The notes beneath the pieces were generated by a model. It searched no databases and had not been told where the DNA came from. It saw only the letters and a list, made by a program, of their open reading frames with translations. The position numbers were made by a program, and so were the translations under genes. A stretch of DNA of 19,114 nt from Acutalibacteraceae bacterium (GTDB lineage: Bacteria; Bacillota; Clostridia; Oscillospirales; Acutalibacteraceae), in assembly GCA_045631965.1 (NCBI GenBank), contig JAZQVR010000027.1:1-19114 (forward strand). The letters are read 5' to 3'. Numbering within the stretch: the first letter of the stretch is position 1; each line of letters begins with the position of its first letter. This document shows positions 5,401-13,347 of the stretch, piece by piece.

Positions 5401-5430
5401 TTGACATATGTAAATGTTCTGTGTTATGAT
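5401..5430 (+). promoter_or_regulatory. Consensus-like extended -10 promoter facing the 3' end of the MMPL gene
   Basis: TTGACA (5401-5406), an 18-nt spacer containing TG at 5422-5423, then TATGAT (5425-5430). Only ~90 nt separate it from the bidirectional terminator. Confidence 0.5.
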
Positions 5431-5482
5431 GTATTTGTTGGGGTGCCAAGAGCACCCTATATTTTTATTATAATATATATAT

Positions 5483-5524
5483 AAAGCACTCACCGATTTG
5501 TGGTTACGGTGAGTGCTTTTGAGT
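5483..5524. terminator. Bidirectional rho-independent terminator (MMPL gene on the minus strand; short plus-strand transcript)
   Basis: AAAGCACTCACCG (5483-5495) pairs with CGGTGAGTGCTTT (5507-5519). A/T-rich runs flank both sides (ATATATAAA upstream, TTTTGAGTTTTA downstream). It lies 2 nt from the stop codon at 5526-5528. Confidence 0.85.
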
Positions 5525-5525
5525 T

Positions 5526-8500
5526 TTATTTCTTTTTCTTTGCTTTTCTTATTGCTTTGCCTTCCTGCGTTATCAGCTTGTCAAATGCGGCAAGCATACC
5601 GGGAAGAATAAAGACTATCAGCAGTATTGCCGCAGCAACACCGACAGAGATTGTACGGCAAATCTGTGCAACTGTCGGGTCGCCGTAGAACATTGAGATA
5701 ATTGCCGTGACAAATATCATAATAAGACCTGAAGTCATAATGGTATGAATTGCGCCTTTGTAAGCTTCTGCAAGTGCTTCTTTGGGTTCGTATTTTTTGC
5801 GGTTCTCACGGTAGTAGTTAGTGAGCAATATACCGTAGTCAATCGTAGCGCCCATCAGTATACACTCGACAATAAGCAGAGCGAGGAAGTATATGCTGTA
5901 GCCCTGCAAGCCTATAACCGTAACCGTTACGAATACACCGCACTGTACAAGTAATACCAATATCATCGGGATTATCATTGAGCGGAATGAGATAGCGACA
6001 ATGATAAAGATTGCTATTGCCGTAAGGAGAGTTATAAGCAGAAGCTCGTTGCTGAATATGCCTGCCATTTCGTGAGTCATCGCTGACATACCTACAAGGT
6101 AGAGCTTGCCGGAGAAATTATTGTCAGCATAAGCGGACAGCTTATTGAGCAGAGCTGTTGTTTCGGTACTTTCTATGGGGTAACTCGTCTGGAGTATCAT
6201 TCGCGAGTATTTTTCGCCCTTGAGCATTGTTATGCCGTCGCCCAGTGCTTTTCCCGCATCGACGAGTTGTGATTTCACATCTTCACCCAGTACCATAGAG
6301 AAGCTCGGGTCGTTTACAAGCTCTGTTGAAAGGTGGTTGAAAAGCTTTTCGATGCTGAGCTTTGATTCGGGGTCGAAGCCTGTGCCGCTCGCGTGGTAGA
6401 GATATATCAGGTCAATGGTTGCTTTGTCGAGCATACCTTCGCCTGCAAGTGAAGTGAGCAGGTCGGTCATTTCACGGCTGTCGAGCTTGTCACCGTTTAC
6501 AACTATGTTTACCATTTCCTGTGCACTGCCGAGCATTGACTTCATATCGGCTTCAATCATAGTTGAGTATTCGGGTTGGTCGAGTACGCCGCTGTTAAGA
6601 AAATCGAGAAGAGTTTTGACCGAAACCTTCCACGCGGATGTATTGCCGTATTCGCTCTTATAGAGCAGATAGAGCTGCTTGAGCTGCTCGGAATCCATAC
6701 CGATAAGGCTTGCAAGCTCGTCGGGTGAATAAGCCTTGTCCTCAGCAGTGCCGTTGATGATTTTTTGTGCGAGAGGTAACTGCTGAAGGTCTTCTTCACT
6801 CATCATTGAAGAGAATTTCTCGCTGTTGTTTACAACGTAGTTGATTACCTGCTGAAGGCTGAGCTGACGAGAAAAGCCGCCTATTATGTCGAGCGAAGTG
6901 TTTTCGTCAGTATAGCCGATGTAAAGCAGACGCATCTGATTAGGCTCAATGCCCATAAGCTCCGCCATTTCCTCATAGCCTCGCAGCTTTGTGACATTCT
7001 CCTTGTCTGTGTAAGCTGAAAGCATATCGAGCTGCGCGAGAGTGTTTTCATCAAACATATGAGCATACATTTCGTTTTGGGATACATCGTTTATGATATA
7101 GTCGGCAAATGTGCCGAGAGTCATCGTGCCGTATTCTGTGCCGCCTTTTTCAATGTAATACAGCAGAAGCATACTCTTTGCTGTATCCTCATCTATATCA
7201 AAATACTCTGCAAGAGCCGCTGCGGATAAAGGCTTTGTAAGCGCATCGGCATCGGCAAACGATTTGAAGCTGTAGAGCTGAGTACGCATATCTTCTGTAA
7301 TATAGCTGTCAAACGCAGGGTTGCTTGCTATATCCTCACTCAGGAAGGTTACAAAATCTTTCAGGGACAAGGGATTTATTGTGCCGTCGTGATAGCTGTA
7401 ATATATCAGCCCGAGCATCGATTCATCAAGCTCAAAGCCCTGAGTCATATCAACGCCGAAGGCGGCACTCAGAGAGTCGATCGAATAAATCATCTCTTTG
7501 GCGGTGTAATCCTTGCCAAGCAGATTGGGATAGCCGAGCACCTGATTTATTTTCGGGTCAGCCTCAAGCTCATCTGCAAGCTGTACCACGGCCTGCTCGT
7601 CGGTGTTTTCGTATATCATAACAATTGTGTTTGACTGCGGGAAAACATCGGCTATCGGGTCGGACATTTCGAGGTTGTACGCAATTTGTGTGTTGTTCTG
7701 AAGAATATAGAATGTGACAAACATTACAATAAACAGAACCGTAAAGACGTGGCGGAACTTGTGGCTGAATTTTGCAAGCTTGCCCATAGGCAGGGGAAGC
7801 TCTTTTTTGGATGTTTTTGTAATTATCTTGTCGCAGAGAAGAATGAGACCGGGAAGCACTGTGAATACGCAGAGCATACTGATAAATACGCCCTTTGCGA
7901 GCACAACGCCGATATCAAAACCGATTTTAAACTTCATAAAGACAAGCATCAGCAGACCTACAACGGTTGTGAAAGCACTACCTGCCACAGAGGAGAAGGC
8001 GTTTGCAAGTGCCGCCTTCATAGCATCGGTTTTGTTGGGGTGGAGCGGTTTTTCCTGACGGTAACGGTTCATAAGGATTATAGAGTAATCCAGCGAGAGT
8101 ATAAGCTGAAGTATTGCCGAGATAGACTGGGTTACGTTGGATATTGAGCCGAGAATAATATTTGTGCCTGCATTTATGACAACGGCTATACCTATCGTAA
8201 GCAGGAACAGCAGAGGCTCAAACCAAGAGCCGCACATAATAAGGAGAATCAATACTGCAAGACCGACCGCCAGAAGCAGAACCCACATCGGAATCTGAAC
8301 ATCACCGGGGTTATCGTTTCTGAAGGTGATGTTGTAGTCTGCAAATTCATTTGCAAGCGCACTCTCAATTGCGAGCTCCTCGTCAGAGCCGTAGGCGTAT
8401 GAGGTGTTGATTATATACAGCGTTTTGTCGCCCTTGTTGTATTCTTCGCTGCTGTTGTGCGTAACACTGCTGACGTGCTCAATGCTCTTGAGCTTGTCGT

Positions 8501-8753
8501 GAAGCTCGGCCTTGCGTGTTTCGTCAAGTCCTTCGGCCATTACGCGTATTGTTTGCGCGTCATCAAGCACAGGAAATGAATCGTTCATAATGTCAAGACC
8601 CTGCTTCATTGAGAAATCATCAGGCAGGTAAACGGTAAGGTCGGTGTTGACGTTGACCTTGAGAGATATACCTGCAAAGACGACGGTGAGTGCTATTGCG
8701 GCAATCAGCAGTACGTATCGCCCTTTTACGATTAAACCGGCTATCTTTTTCAT
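5526..8753 (-). CDS. MMPL/RND-superfamily membrane transporter (1075 aa) with an expanded repeat-containing external loop
   Basis: GGAGGA RBS. The layout is an N-terminal TM helix, a ~120-aa loop, a TM cluster at aa ~155-350, a ~540-aa hydrophilic loop, then a second TM cluster at aa ~900-1055. This is the 1+5 / 1+5 MMPL layout seen in Gram-positive YdfJ/YdgH-like proteins. Substrate unknown. Confidence 0.8.
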   Translation of the reverse strand: MKKIAGLIVKGRYVLLIAAIALTVVFAGISLKVNVNTDLTVYLPDDFSMKQGLDIMNDSFPVLDDAQTIRVMAEGLDETRKAELHDKLKSIEHVSSVTHNSSEEYNKGDKTLYIINTSYAYGSDEELAIESALANEFADYNITFRNDNPGDVQIPMWVLLLAVGLAVLILLIMCGSWFEPLLFLLTIGIAVVINAGTNIILGSISNVTQSISAILQLILSLDYSIILMNRYRQEKPLHPNKTDAMKAALANAFSSVAGSAFTTVVGLLMLVFMKFKIGFDIGVVLAKGVFISMLCVFTVLPGLILLCDKIITKTSKKELPLPMGKLAKFSHKFRHVFTVLFIVMFVTFYILQNNTQIAYNLEMSDPIADVFPQSNTIVMIYENTDEQAVVQLADELEADPKINQVLGYPNLLGKDYTAKEMIYSIDSLSAAFGVDMTQGFELDESMLGLIYYSYHDGTINPLSLKDFVTFLSEDIASNPAFDSYITEDMRTQLYSFKSFADADALTKPLSAAALAEYFDIDEDTAKSMLLLYYIEKGGTEYGTMTLGTFADYIINDVSQNEMYAHMFDENTLAQLDMLSAYTDKENVTKLRGYEEMAELMGIEPNQMRLLYIGYTDENTSLDIIGGFSRQLSLQQVINYVVNNSEKFSSMMSEEDLQQLPLAQKIINGTAEDKAYSPDELASLIGMDSEQLKQLYLLYKSEYGNTSAWKVSVKTLLDFLNSGVLDQPEYSTMIEADMKSMLGSAQEMVNIVVNGDKLDSREMTDLLTSLAGEGMLDKATIDLIYLYHASGTGFDPESKLSIEKLFNHLSTELVNDPSFSMVLGEDVKSQLVDAGKALGDGITMLKGEKYSRMILQTSYPIESTETTALLNKLSAYADNNFSGKLYLVGMSAMTHEMAGIFSNELLLITLLTAIAIFIIVAISFRSMIIPMILVLLVQCGVFVTVTVIGLQGYSIYFLALLIVECILMGATIDYGILLTNYYRENRKKYEPKEALAEAYKGAIHTIMTSGLIMIFVTAIISMFYGDPTVAQICRTISVGVAAAILLIVFILPGMLAAFDKLITQEGKAIRKAKKKK

Positions 8754-8811
8754 TTTTCCTCCGAATATATGTTTGGAATAAGCTCCAAAGTAAAATTAAG
8801 GTAACAAAATC

Positions 8812-8840
8812 ATTATAAATCTTTTTATTTATGCTGTCAA
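8812..8840 (-). promoter_or_regulatory. Consensus promoter of the MMPL gene
   Basis: The minus strand reads TTGACA (8840-8835), a 17-nt spacer, then TATAAT (8817-8812), ~60 nt upstream of the start codon. Confidence 0.7.
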
Positions 8841-9048
8841 TCTTATATAATACTAATTAATAACAAAAAATTATGGTTCTGTTTAGTGCAAGTTGCATAT
8901 ACAAGTCGTATTATTTTCGCAAAAATGCATTTACAAACAGTAAACAAAAGCATATCTGTGATAAAACGATTATTTGAATTAGCGGTTTACTTTTTCTTTT
9001 TGGAGATATATAATAGAAACATAAATCCGCAAAAAAGCAGGTGGTTGA

Positions 9049-10032
9049 ATGAAAAAAATCCGATTCGGTATTGTAGGTACAGGTACAATAGCTCACCGCT
9101 TTGCCAACGCTATAGCTAATGTAAAAGGTGCCGAACTTACTGCTGTTGCTTCAAGGACAGCGAAAGGTGCAAAGAAATTCGGTAATGAATTCGGTATAAA
9201 ATATAGGTTTGACAGCTACGAAAAAATGGCTGAGTCCGACGTTATTGATGCCGCATATATAGCTGTGCCGCATTCGGGTCATATCGGTTGCTCCTGCCTT
9301 ATGATGAACGGCGGCAAGCACGTAATCTGCGAAAAACCTATGGCTGTAAATCTTGCAGAGGCGGAGGAAATGTTCCGCTGTGCAGATAAAAACGGCGTGC
9401 TGCTTATGGAGGCTATGTGGGCAAGGCTTGTGCCCGGCACAATAAAGATGATCGAGCTTGTCAGCAGCGGAGTGCTTGGCGATATCCTCGGCGTTGAGGG
9501 CAAATTCTGCTATACCATGGATGAGGACGAGATGGGTCATCACGTTTTCAAAAAAGAAAACGGCGGCGGTTCGCTTCTCGATGTCGGTGTGTACGGGCTT
9601 AATTTCGCAAGCTGGTATCTCGGCAAGGATGTTGAGGGGATGAGCGCACACTGCTCGGTATACGACGGAGTAGACAGCCACACCTGCGTATTGATCAAGT
9701 ATAAGAATTCCGCAATTGCCGATTTGTCGAGTGCGATACTTCTCCGCAAGCCAAACGAAGGCTACGTATACGGCAGTAAGGGTTACGCTTACCTCAAACG
9801 CTTCTATGCTCCGCAGGAGATAGAGCTTAACTTAAATGACGGTACAACCAGAACAATTTCGACATCGTATGCAGGCAACGGCTTTGAGGAGCAGATAACT
9901 CATTTCTGCGAGTGTATATCTAAGGGACTTACCGAAAGCCCGATTATCACTCGTGAACAGACTCTTTATATCACAAAACAGATGGATGAAATCCGAAACC
10001 GTATCGGAATAGTTTATCCGCAGGATAAATAA
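9049..10032 (+). CDS. Gfo/Idh/MocA family NAD(P)-dependent oxidoreductase
   Basis: AGGTGG RBS. The N-terminal Rossmann motif IRFGIVGTGTIAHRF and the EKP motif (VICEKPMA) are typical of the family. 327 aa. Confidence 0.85.
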   Translation: MKKIRFGIVGTGTIAHRFANAIANVKGAELTAVASRTAKGAKKFGNEFGIKYRFDSYEKMAESDVIDAAYIAVPHSGHIGCSCLMMNGGKHVICEKPMAVNLAEAEEMFRCADKNGVLLMEAMWARLVPGTIKMIELVSSGVLGDILGVEGKFCYTMDEDEMGHHVFKKENGGGSLLDVGVYGLNFASWYLGKDVEGMSAHCSVYDGVDSHTCVLIKYKNSAIADLSSAILLRKPNEGYVYGSKGYAYLKRFYAPQEIELNLNDGTTRTISTSYAGNGFEEQITHFCECISKGLTESPIITREQTLYITKQMDEIRNRIGIVYPQDK

Positions 10033-10047
10033 AGGAGGAAAATCAAA

Positions 10048-10908
10048 ATGTTTATTCTCAACAAAATAATGTATGTGCTTACTTTACCGCTTCTTCTCAT
10101 CACCTTGCTCACAAGTCCCAAGGGTGTCAGCACCGATACGGCAGAGCTTGTTTCAAAGGATACTTTTGTTTTTGATAAAGCGCTGCTTATGGGTCAGGGA
10201 ATTACAACTGACGGCGAATATTATTACACAAGCGGCTCGCTGAGCGGTATCGGTCTTACTGCACTTGCGAAGTTCGACTGTAAAGGCTTTGAGCTTGTCG
10301 ACAGCCACATAAATCCGCTTCCGAAGCACTGTTCCGAGAGAGGAAACAACCATATCGGCGGCATCAGCTACTATGACGGAAAGATATATGCACCCGTTGA
10401 AGGCGGCGACGAAGTGTATGCCTGCATCGTTGTTTTTGATGCTGAAACCCTTGAAGCTACGGGAGAAGTCTACGATTTACCCAACGAGATTTATACCGAC
10501 GGTGTGCCGTGGTGTGCTGTTGATACTCAGACGGGTTACCTCTACGCATCCAAGTGGAACGATATTGAAACAATCTATGTCTATGATACAGCAGATTCGA
10601 TGAAGCTTGTAAAGGAGATTGACTTGACAGGCATCGAGAAGATATCACGCATCCAGGGTGGTGAATTCTACGAGGGCACGCTGTATCTTTCCGAAGATAT
10701 AAAGAATAACGGTACATTCAAGAACATTCTCAGCGTTGATGTTGATAGCGGCGAAGTCAAGGTTGCTTTTGTTCGTGATGTCGGCGGCGACAATGTTGAG
10801 GCAGAGGGTATGACCTTCCTCAGAACAGATGACGGTGCGGTTATGCACGTGCTCGATTACAACAAGGTGATAGGCATTTTTGTCCATCACTACAAAGTGG
10901 ATTTCTGA
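10048..10908 (+). CDS. Secreted or membrane-anchored hypothetical protein, repeated beta-strand (propeller-like) architecture; weak glutaminyl-cyclase-like pattern
   Basis: AGGAGG RBS 15 nt after the oxidoreductase stop. It has an N-terminal hydrophobic signal or anchor (YVLTLPLLLITLLT) and recurring G-x-hydrophobic-Y/F blade-like segments (GEYYYTSG, DGKIYAP, GYLYASK, GTLYLSE). The family assignment is only a visual impression. Confidence 0.6.
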   Translation: MFILNKIMYVLTLPLLLITLLTSPKGVSTDTAELVSKDTFVFDKALLMGQGITTDGEYYYTSGSLSGIGLTALAKFDCKGFELVDSHINPLPKHCSERGNNHIGGISYYDGKIYAPVEGGDEVYACIVVFDAETLEATGEVYDLPNEIYTDGVPWCAVDTQTGYLYASKWNDIETIYVYDTADSMKLVKEIDLTGIEKISRIQGGEFYEGTLYLSEDIKNNGTFKNILSVDVDSGEVKVAFVRDVGGDNVEAEGMTFLRTDDGAVMHVLDYNKVIGIFVHHYKVDF

Positions 10909-10913
10909 ATTTC

Positions 10914-10944
10914 AAACGGCAGTCGACAGACTGCCGTTTTTTTT
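10914..10944 (+). terminator. Rho-independent terminator
   Basis: CGGCAGTC-GACA-GACTGCCG followed by TTTTTTTT. Confidence 0.9.
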
Positions 10945-11028
10945 ACCGATTAATATCAGTAATAAACCGAACGCTTAACTTATATTGATTTATTTGATGT
11001 AAACGGTTATGCTTGATAGGGGAGTGAT

Positions 11029-11463
11029 ATGATGAAATGTAAAACAGTGATTGATAAGAATCACGAAGAAGAGGTAATAATATACGCTCACGAAAGAAAT
11101 GAAACGGTAGAAGCGATTGAAAAACTCGTCTTACGGTCGGATTTTGAGCTGATTGGCTACTCGGGCAAGTCGGCGATAAGGCTCGAATGGTCAGAGGTTT
11201 ATTGTTTTACCGTTGAAGATAACAAAGTTTATGCAGTGACCGAAAATGAAAAGCTGCAGCTCAAACTCAGGCTCTATCAGCTTGAGCTGCTTGCAGATAA
11301 GAACTTCGTGAAAATCAACCAGTCGTGTATAGCAAATATCCGACGTATAAAAAGGTTTGATGCCTCAATATCCGGTACGTTGCGTGTAGTTTTCAAAAAC
11401 GGATATACCGACTATGTTTCGAGAAGGCAGCTCAAAACGGTAAAAGAAAGGTTGGGGTTATGA
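11029..11463 (+). CDS. LytTR-family DNA-binding protein (stand-alone, no receiver domain)
   Basis: The C-terminal half FVKINQSCIANIRRIKRFDASISGTLRVVFKNGYTDYVSRRQLKTVKERL matches the LytTR domain pattern. Its stop overlaps the next start (ATGA). Confidence 0.8.
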   Translation: MMKCKTVIDKNHEEEVIIYAHERNETVEAIEKLVLRSDFELIGYSGKSAIRLEWSEVYCFTVEDNKVYAVTENEKLQLKLRLYQLELLADKNFVKINQSCIANIRRIKRFDASISGTLRVVFKNGYTDYVSRRQLKTVKERLGL

Positions 11464-11885
11464 TGAATAAATATGTAAAAGAGTTTTTTCACAGAGGTCT
11501 TATGTTTGCAGGCTTCGGTCCGATAATACTGGGTATTGTTTTTGCTGTATTGCAGTATACGGTTGACGGCTTTTCTCTCAGCGGTACACAGGTTCTGGTT
11601 GCGGTAGTGTCAACATATCTGCTTGCGTTTGTTCAGGCAGGTGTTACCGTATTCAATCAGATTGAGCATTGGAGCACCGTCAAATCTATGCTCTGTCATT
11701 TCGGCTCTCTTTATGCGGCATATTCAATCTGCTATGTTGCAAATTCGTGGATTCCGTTTGAACCTATGGTGCTTGTAATATTTACGGCGATTTTTGCAGT
11801 TTCGTTTTTTGTTATATGGGGTATTGTATATTTCTCCGTGCGTGCGGCAACAAAGAAATTTAATAAAACTCTTCAGCTCAAGTAG
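11460..11885 (+). CDS. DUF3021-like four-TM membrane protein, partner of the LytTR regulator
   Basis: 141 aa with four predicted TM helices, translationally coupled to the LytTR gene. This LytTR plus small membrane protein pairing is common in Firmicutes. Confidence 0.7.
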   Translation: MMNKYVKEFFHRGLMFAGFGPIILGIVFAVLQYTVDGFSLSGTQVLVAVVSTYLLAFVQAGVTVFNQIEHWSTVKSMLCHFGSLYAAYSICYVANSWIPFEPMVLVIFTAIFAVSFFVIWGIVYFSVRAATKKFNKTLQLK

Positions 11886-11930
11886 TAAGTGTGCTATAAT
11901 ATACTCATCCTTTTTACGGAGTGATGAGTT

Positions 11931-12341
11931 TTGAAACTGAAAAGAAAAATTGTATTGACTTTTGCACTTGCCGTGACGAGTGCTGTGTTCTTTGCAGGCT
12001 GTACAAATCAGAAAACTGAAAATAAAACTTCAACCTATGTGCAGATATCGCAGGAAGAAGCAAAAAGGCTTATGGACACTGAGAGCGGTTATGTTATTAT
12101 AGATGCACGCACTCAGGAGGAATTTGACGAAGGTCATATCGAGGGTGCAATTATGATACCCGAGTATGAAATTGCCGACAGAGCAGAGAAAGAGCTGACG
12201 GATAAAAATCAGCTTATACTTGTCTACTGCCGAAGCGGCAGACGCAGTAAGATTGCCGCACAGGCACTTGCAGACCTCGGCTATACCAATGTCAAGGAAT
12301 TCGGCGGTATAAACACCTGGGAGTACGAAACGGTAAAATAA
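11931..12341 (+). CDS. Rhodanese-domain lipoprotein (sulfurtransferase-like)
   Basis: TTG start behind GGAG. Lipobox FFAGC. Rhodanese features are IIDARTQEEFDEGHIEGA and the active-site loop CRSGRRS. Confidence 0.8.
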   Translation: MKLKRKIVLTFALAVTSAVFFAGCTNQKTENKTSTYVQISQEEAKRLMDTESGYVIIDARTQEEFDEGHIEGAIMIPEYEIADRAEKELTDKNQLILVYCRSGRRSKIAAQALADLGYTNVKEFGGINTWEYETVK

Positions 12342-12344
12342 AAG

Positions 12345-12377
12345 AAAAATCCGACCTATCACAGTCGGATTTTTTTG
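12345..12377 (+). terminator. Rho-independent terminator
   Basis: ATCCGAC-CTATCACA-GTCGGAT followed by TTTTTTT. Confidence 0.85.
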
Positions 12378-12440
12378 TTGCGTTTTGCCGTAAAATGTTA
12401 TAATATGGAATAAATCCTTACATAACGGAGTTGAAACAAT

Positions 12441-13310
12441 ATGACGTGGCTTTTAATGGCTGTTTTGTCCGCTGTTTTTGCAGGTCTGACCTCTGTGCTT
12501 GCAAAGTGCGGTATAAAGAAAACGGATTCTGATGTTGCTACGGCACTGCGTACGATTGTGGTTCTCGTATTCTCGTGGGTAATGGTATTCATCGTAGGCT
12601 CGTATTCGACTATCACTGATATAGGCGGCAAGTCACTGCTTTTCCTTGTGCTGTCGGGTTTTGCAACCGGTGCATCGTGGATTTGCTACTTCAAGGCTTT
12701 GTCAATGGGCGATATAAACAAGGTTGTGCCGATTGATAAATCGAGCACGATTCTGACAGTATTGCTCGCAATAATCTGCTTTGGCGAAACAGGCAACCTT
12801 GCGGTAAAGCTTATCGGTACGGCACTTCTTGCCGTCGGCATTTTTATGATGATTGAGAAAAAGCAGAGCGAAGCACACGGCGAAAACAAATCGTGGATGA
12901 TTTACGCTGTGCTTTCCGCAGTGTTTGCGGCGCTTGCATCAATTCTTGCTAAGGTCGGTATTTCGGGTGTTGAGTCAAACCTCGGTACGGCAATCCGTAC
13001 GGGCGTTGTGCTTATAATGGCTTGGGTTGTTGTACTTGCAAAGGGTAAGCAGACTCAGCTTAAAACGCTCGATAAAAAAGAGCTTGTGTTTATTGTGCTT
13101 TCGGGTTTTGCAACGGGTGCATCGTGGCTGTGCTACTACTATGCAATCCAGAACGGTGTTGTCAGCGTTGTAGTGCCGATTGACAAAATGAGTGTGCTTA
13201 TTGCTGTCGGCTTCTCGTTCTTTGTGTTCAAAGAGAAGCTGTCGGTCAAGGCGGTTATCGGTCTCGGTCTTATGCTTGCAGGTACGCTTGCAATGGCAAT
13301 ATGGTCGTAA
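12441..13310 (+). CDS. EamA/DMT-superfamily transporter (two EamA half-domains)
   Basis: 289 aa, ~10 TM helices. The two halves are clearly homologous (LLMAVLSAVFAGLTSVLAKCGI... versus MIYAVLSAVFAALASILAKVGI...; FLVLSGFATGASWICYFKAL versus FIVLSGFATGASWLCYYYAI). Confidence 0.85.
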   Translation: MTWLLMAVLSAVFAGLTSVLAKCGIKKTDSDVATALRTIVVLVFSWVMVFIVGSYSTITDIGGKSLLFLVLSGFATGASWICYFKALSMGDINKVVPIDKSSTILTVLLAIICFGETGNLAVKLIGTALLAVGIFMMIEKKQSEAHGENKSWMIYAVLSAVFAALASILAKVGISGVESNLGTAIRTGVVLIMAWVVVLAKGKQTQLKTLDKKELVFIVLSGFATGASWLCYYYAIQNGVVSVVVPIDKMSVLIAVGFSFFVFKEKLSVKAVIGLGLMLAGTLAMAIWS

Positions 13311-13314
13311 ATAT

Positions 13315-13347
13315 AAATGCGGAAGGCTAAACCTTCCGCATTTTTTT
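13315..13347. terminator. Hairpin terminator between convergent genes
   Basis: AAATGCGGAAGG-CTAAA-CCTTCCGCATTT followed by TTTT on the plus strand. It abuts the stop of the minus-strand deacetylase gene. Confidence 0.85.

Noticed and set aside
5745-8147. Several plus-strand ORFs (5745..5954, 6415..6663, 7325..7621, 7389..7634, 7686..8147, 7714..8058) and the out-of-frame minus-strand ORFs 6557..6799 and 6884..7087 inside the MMPL gene.
   Set aside because: All are embedded in, or antisense to, a 1075-codon ORF with clear transporter features. None has an RBS, and their compositions look like shadow frames.
8887-8897. The palindrome TGCAAGTTGCA between the divergent MMPL and oxidoreductase promoters, as a possible operator.
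   Set aside because: It is a single short palindrome in AT-rich DNA with no adjacent regulator gene, which is not enough to call a site.
9151-9681. 176-aa minus-strand ORF, plus 9279..9503, 9458..9643 and 9540..9749.
   Set aside because: They are shadow ORFs inside the well-supported Gfo/Idh/MocA gene.
11903-11929. The hairpin ACTCATC...GATGAGT enclosing the GGAG RBS of the rhodanese gene, as a possible translational control element.
   Set aside because: It is a 7-bp stem with a 13-nt loop and nothing else supports it. It could easily be chance.
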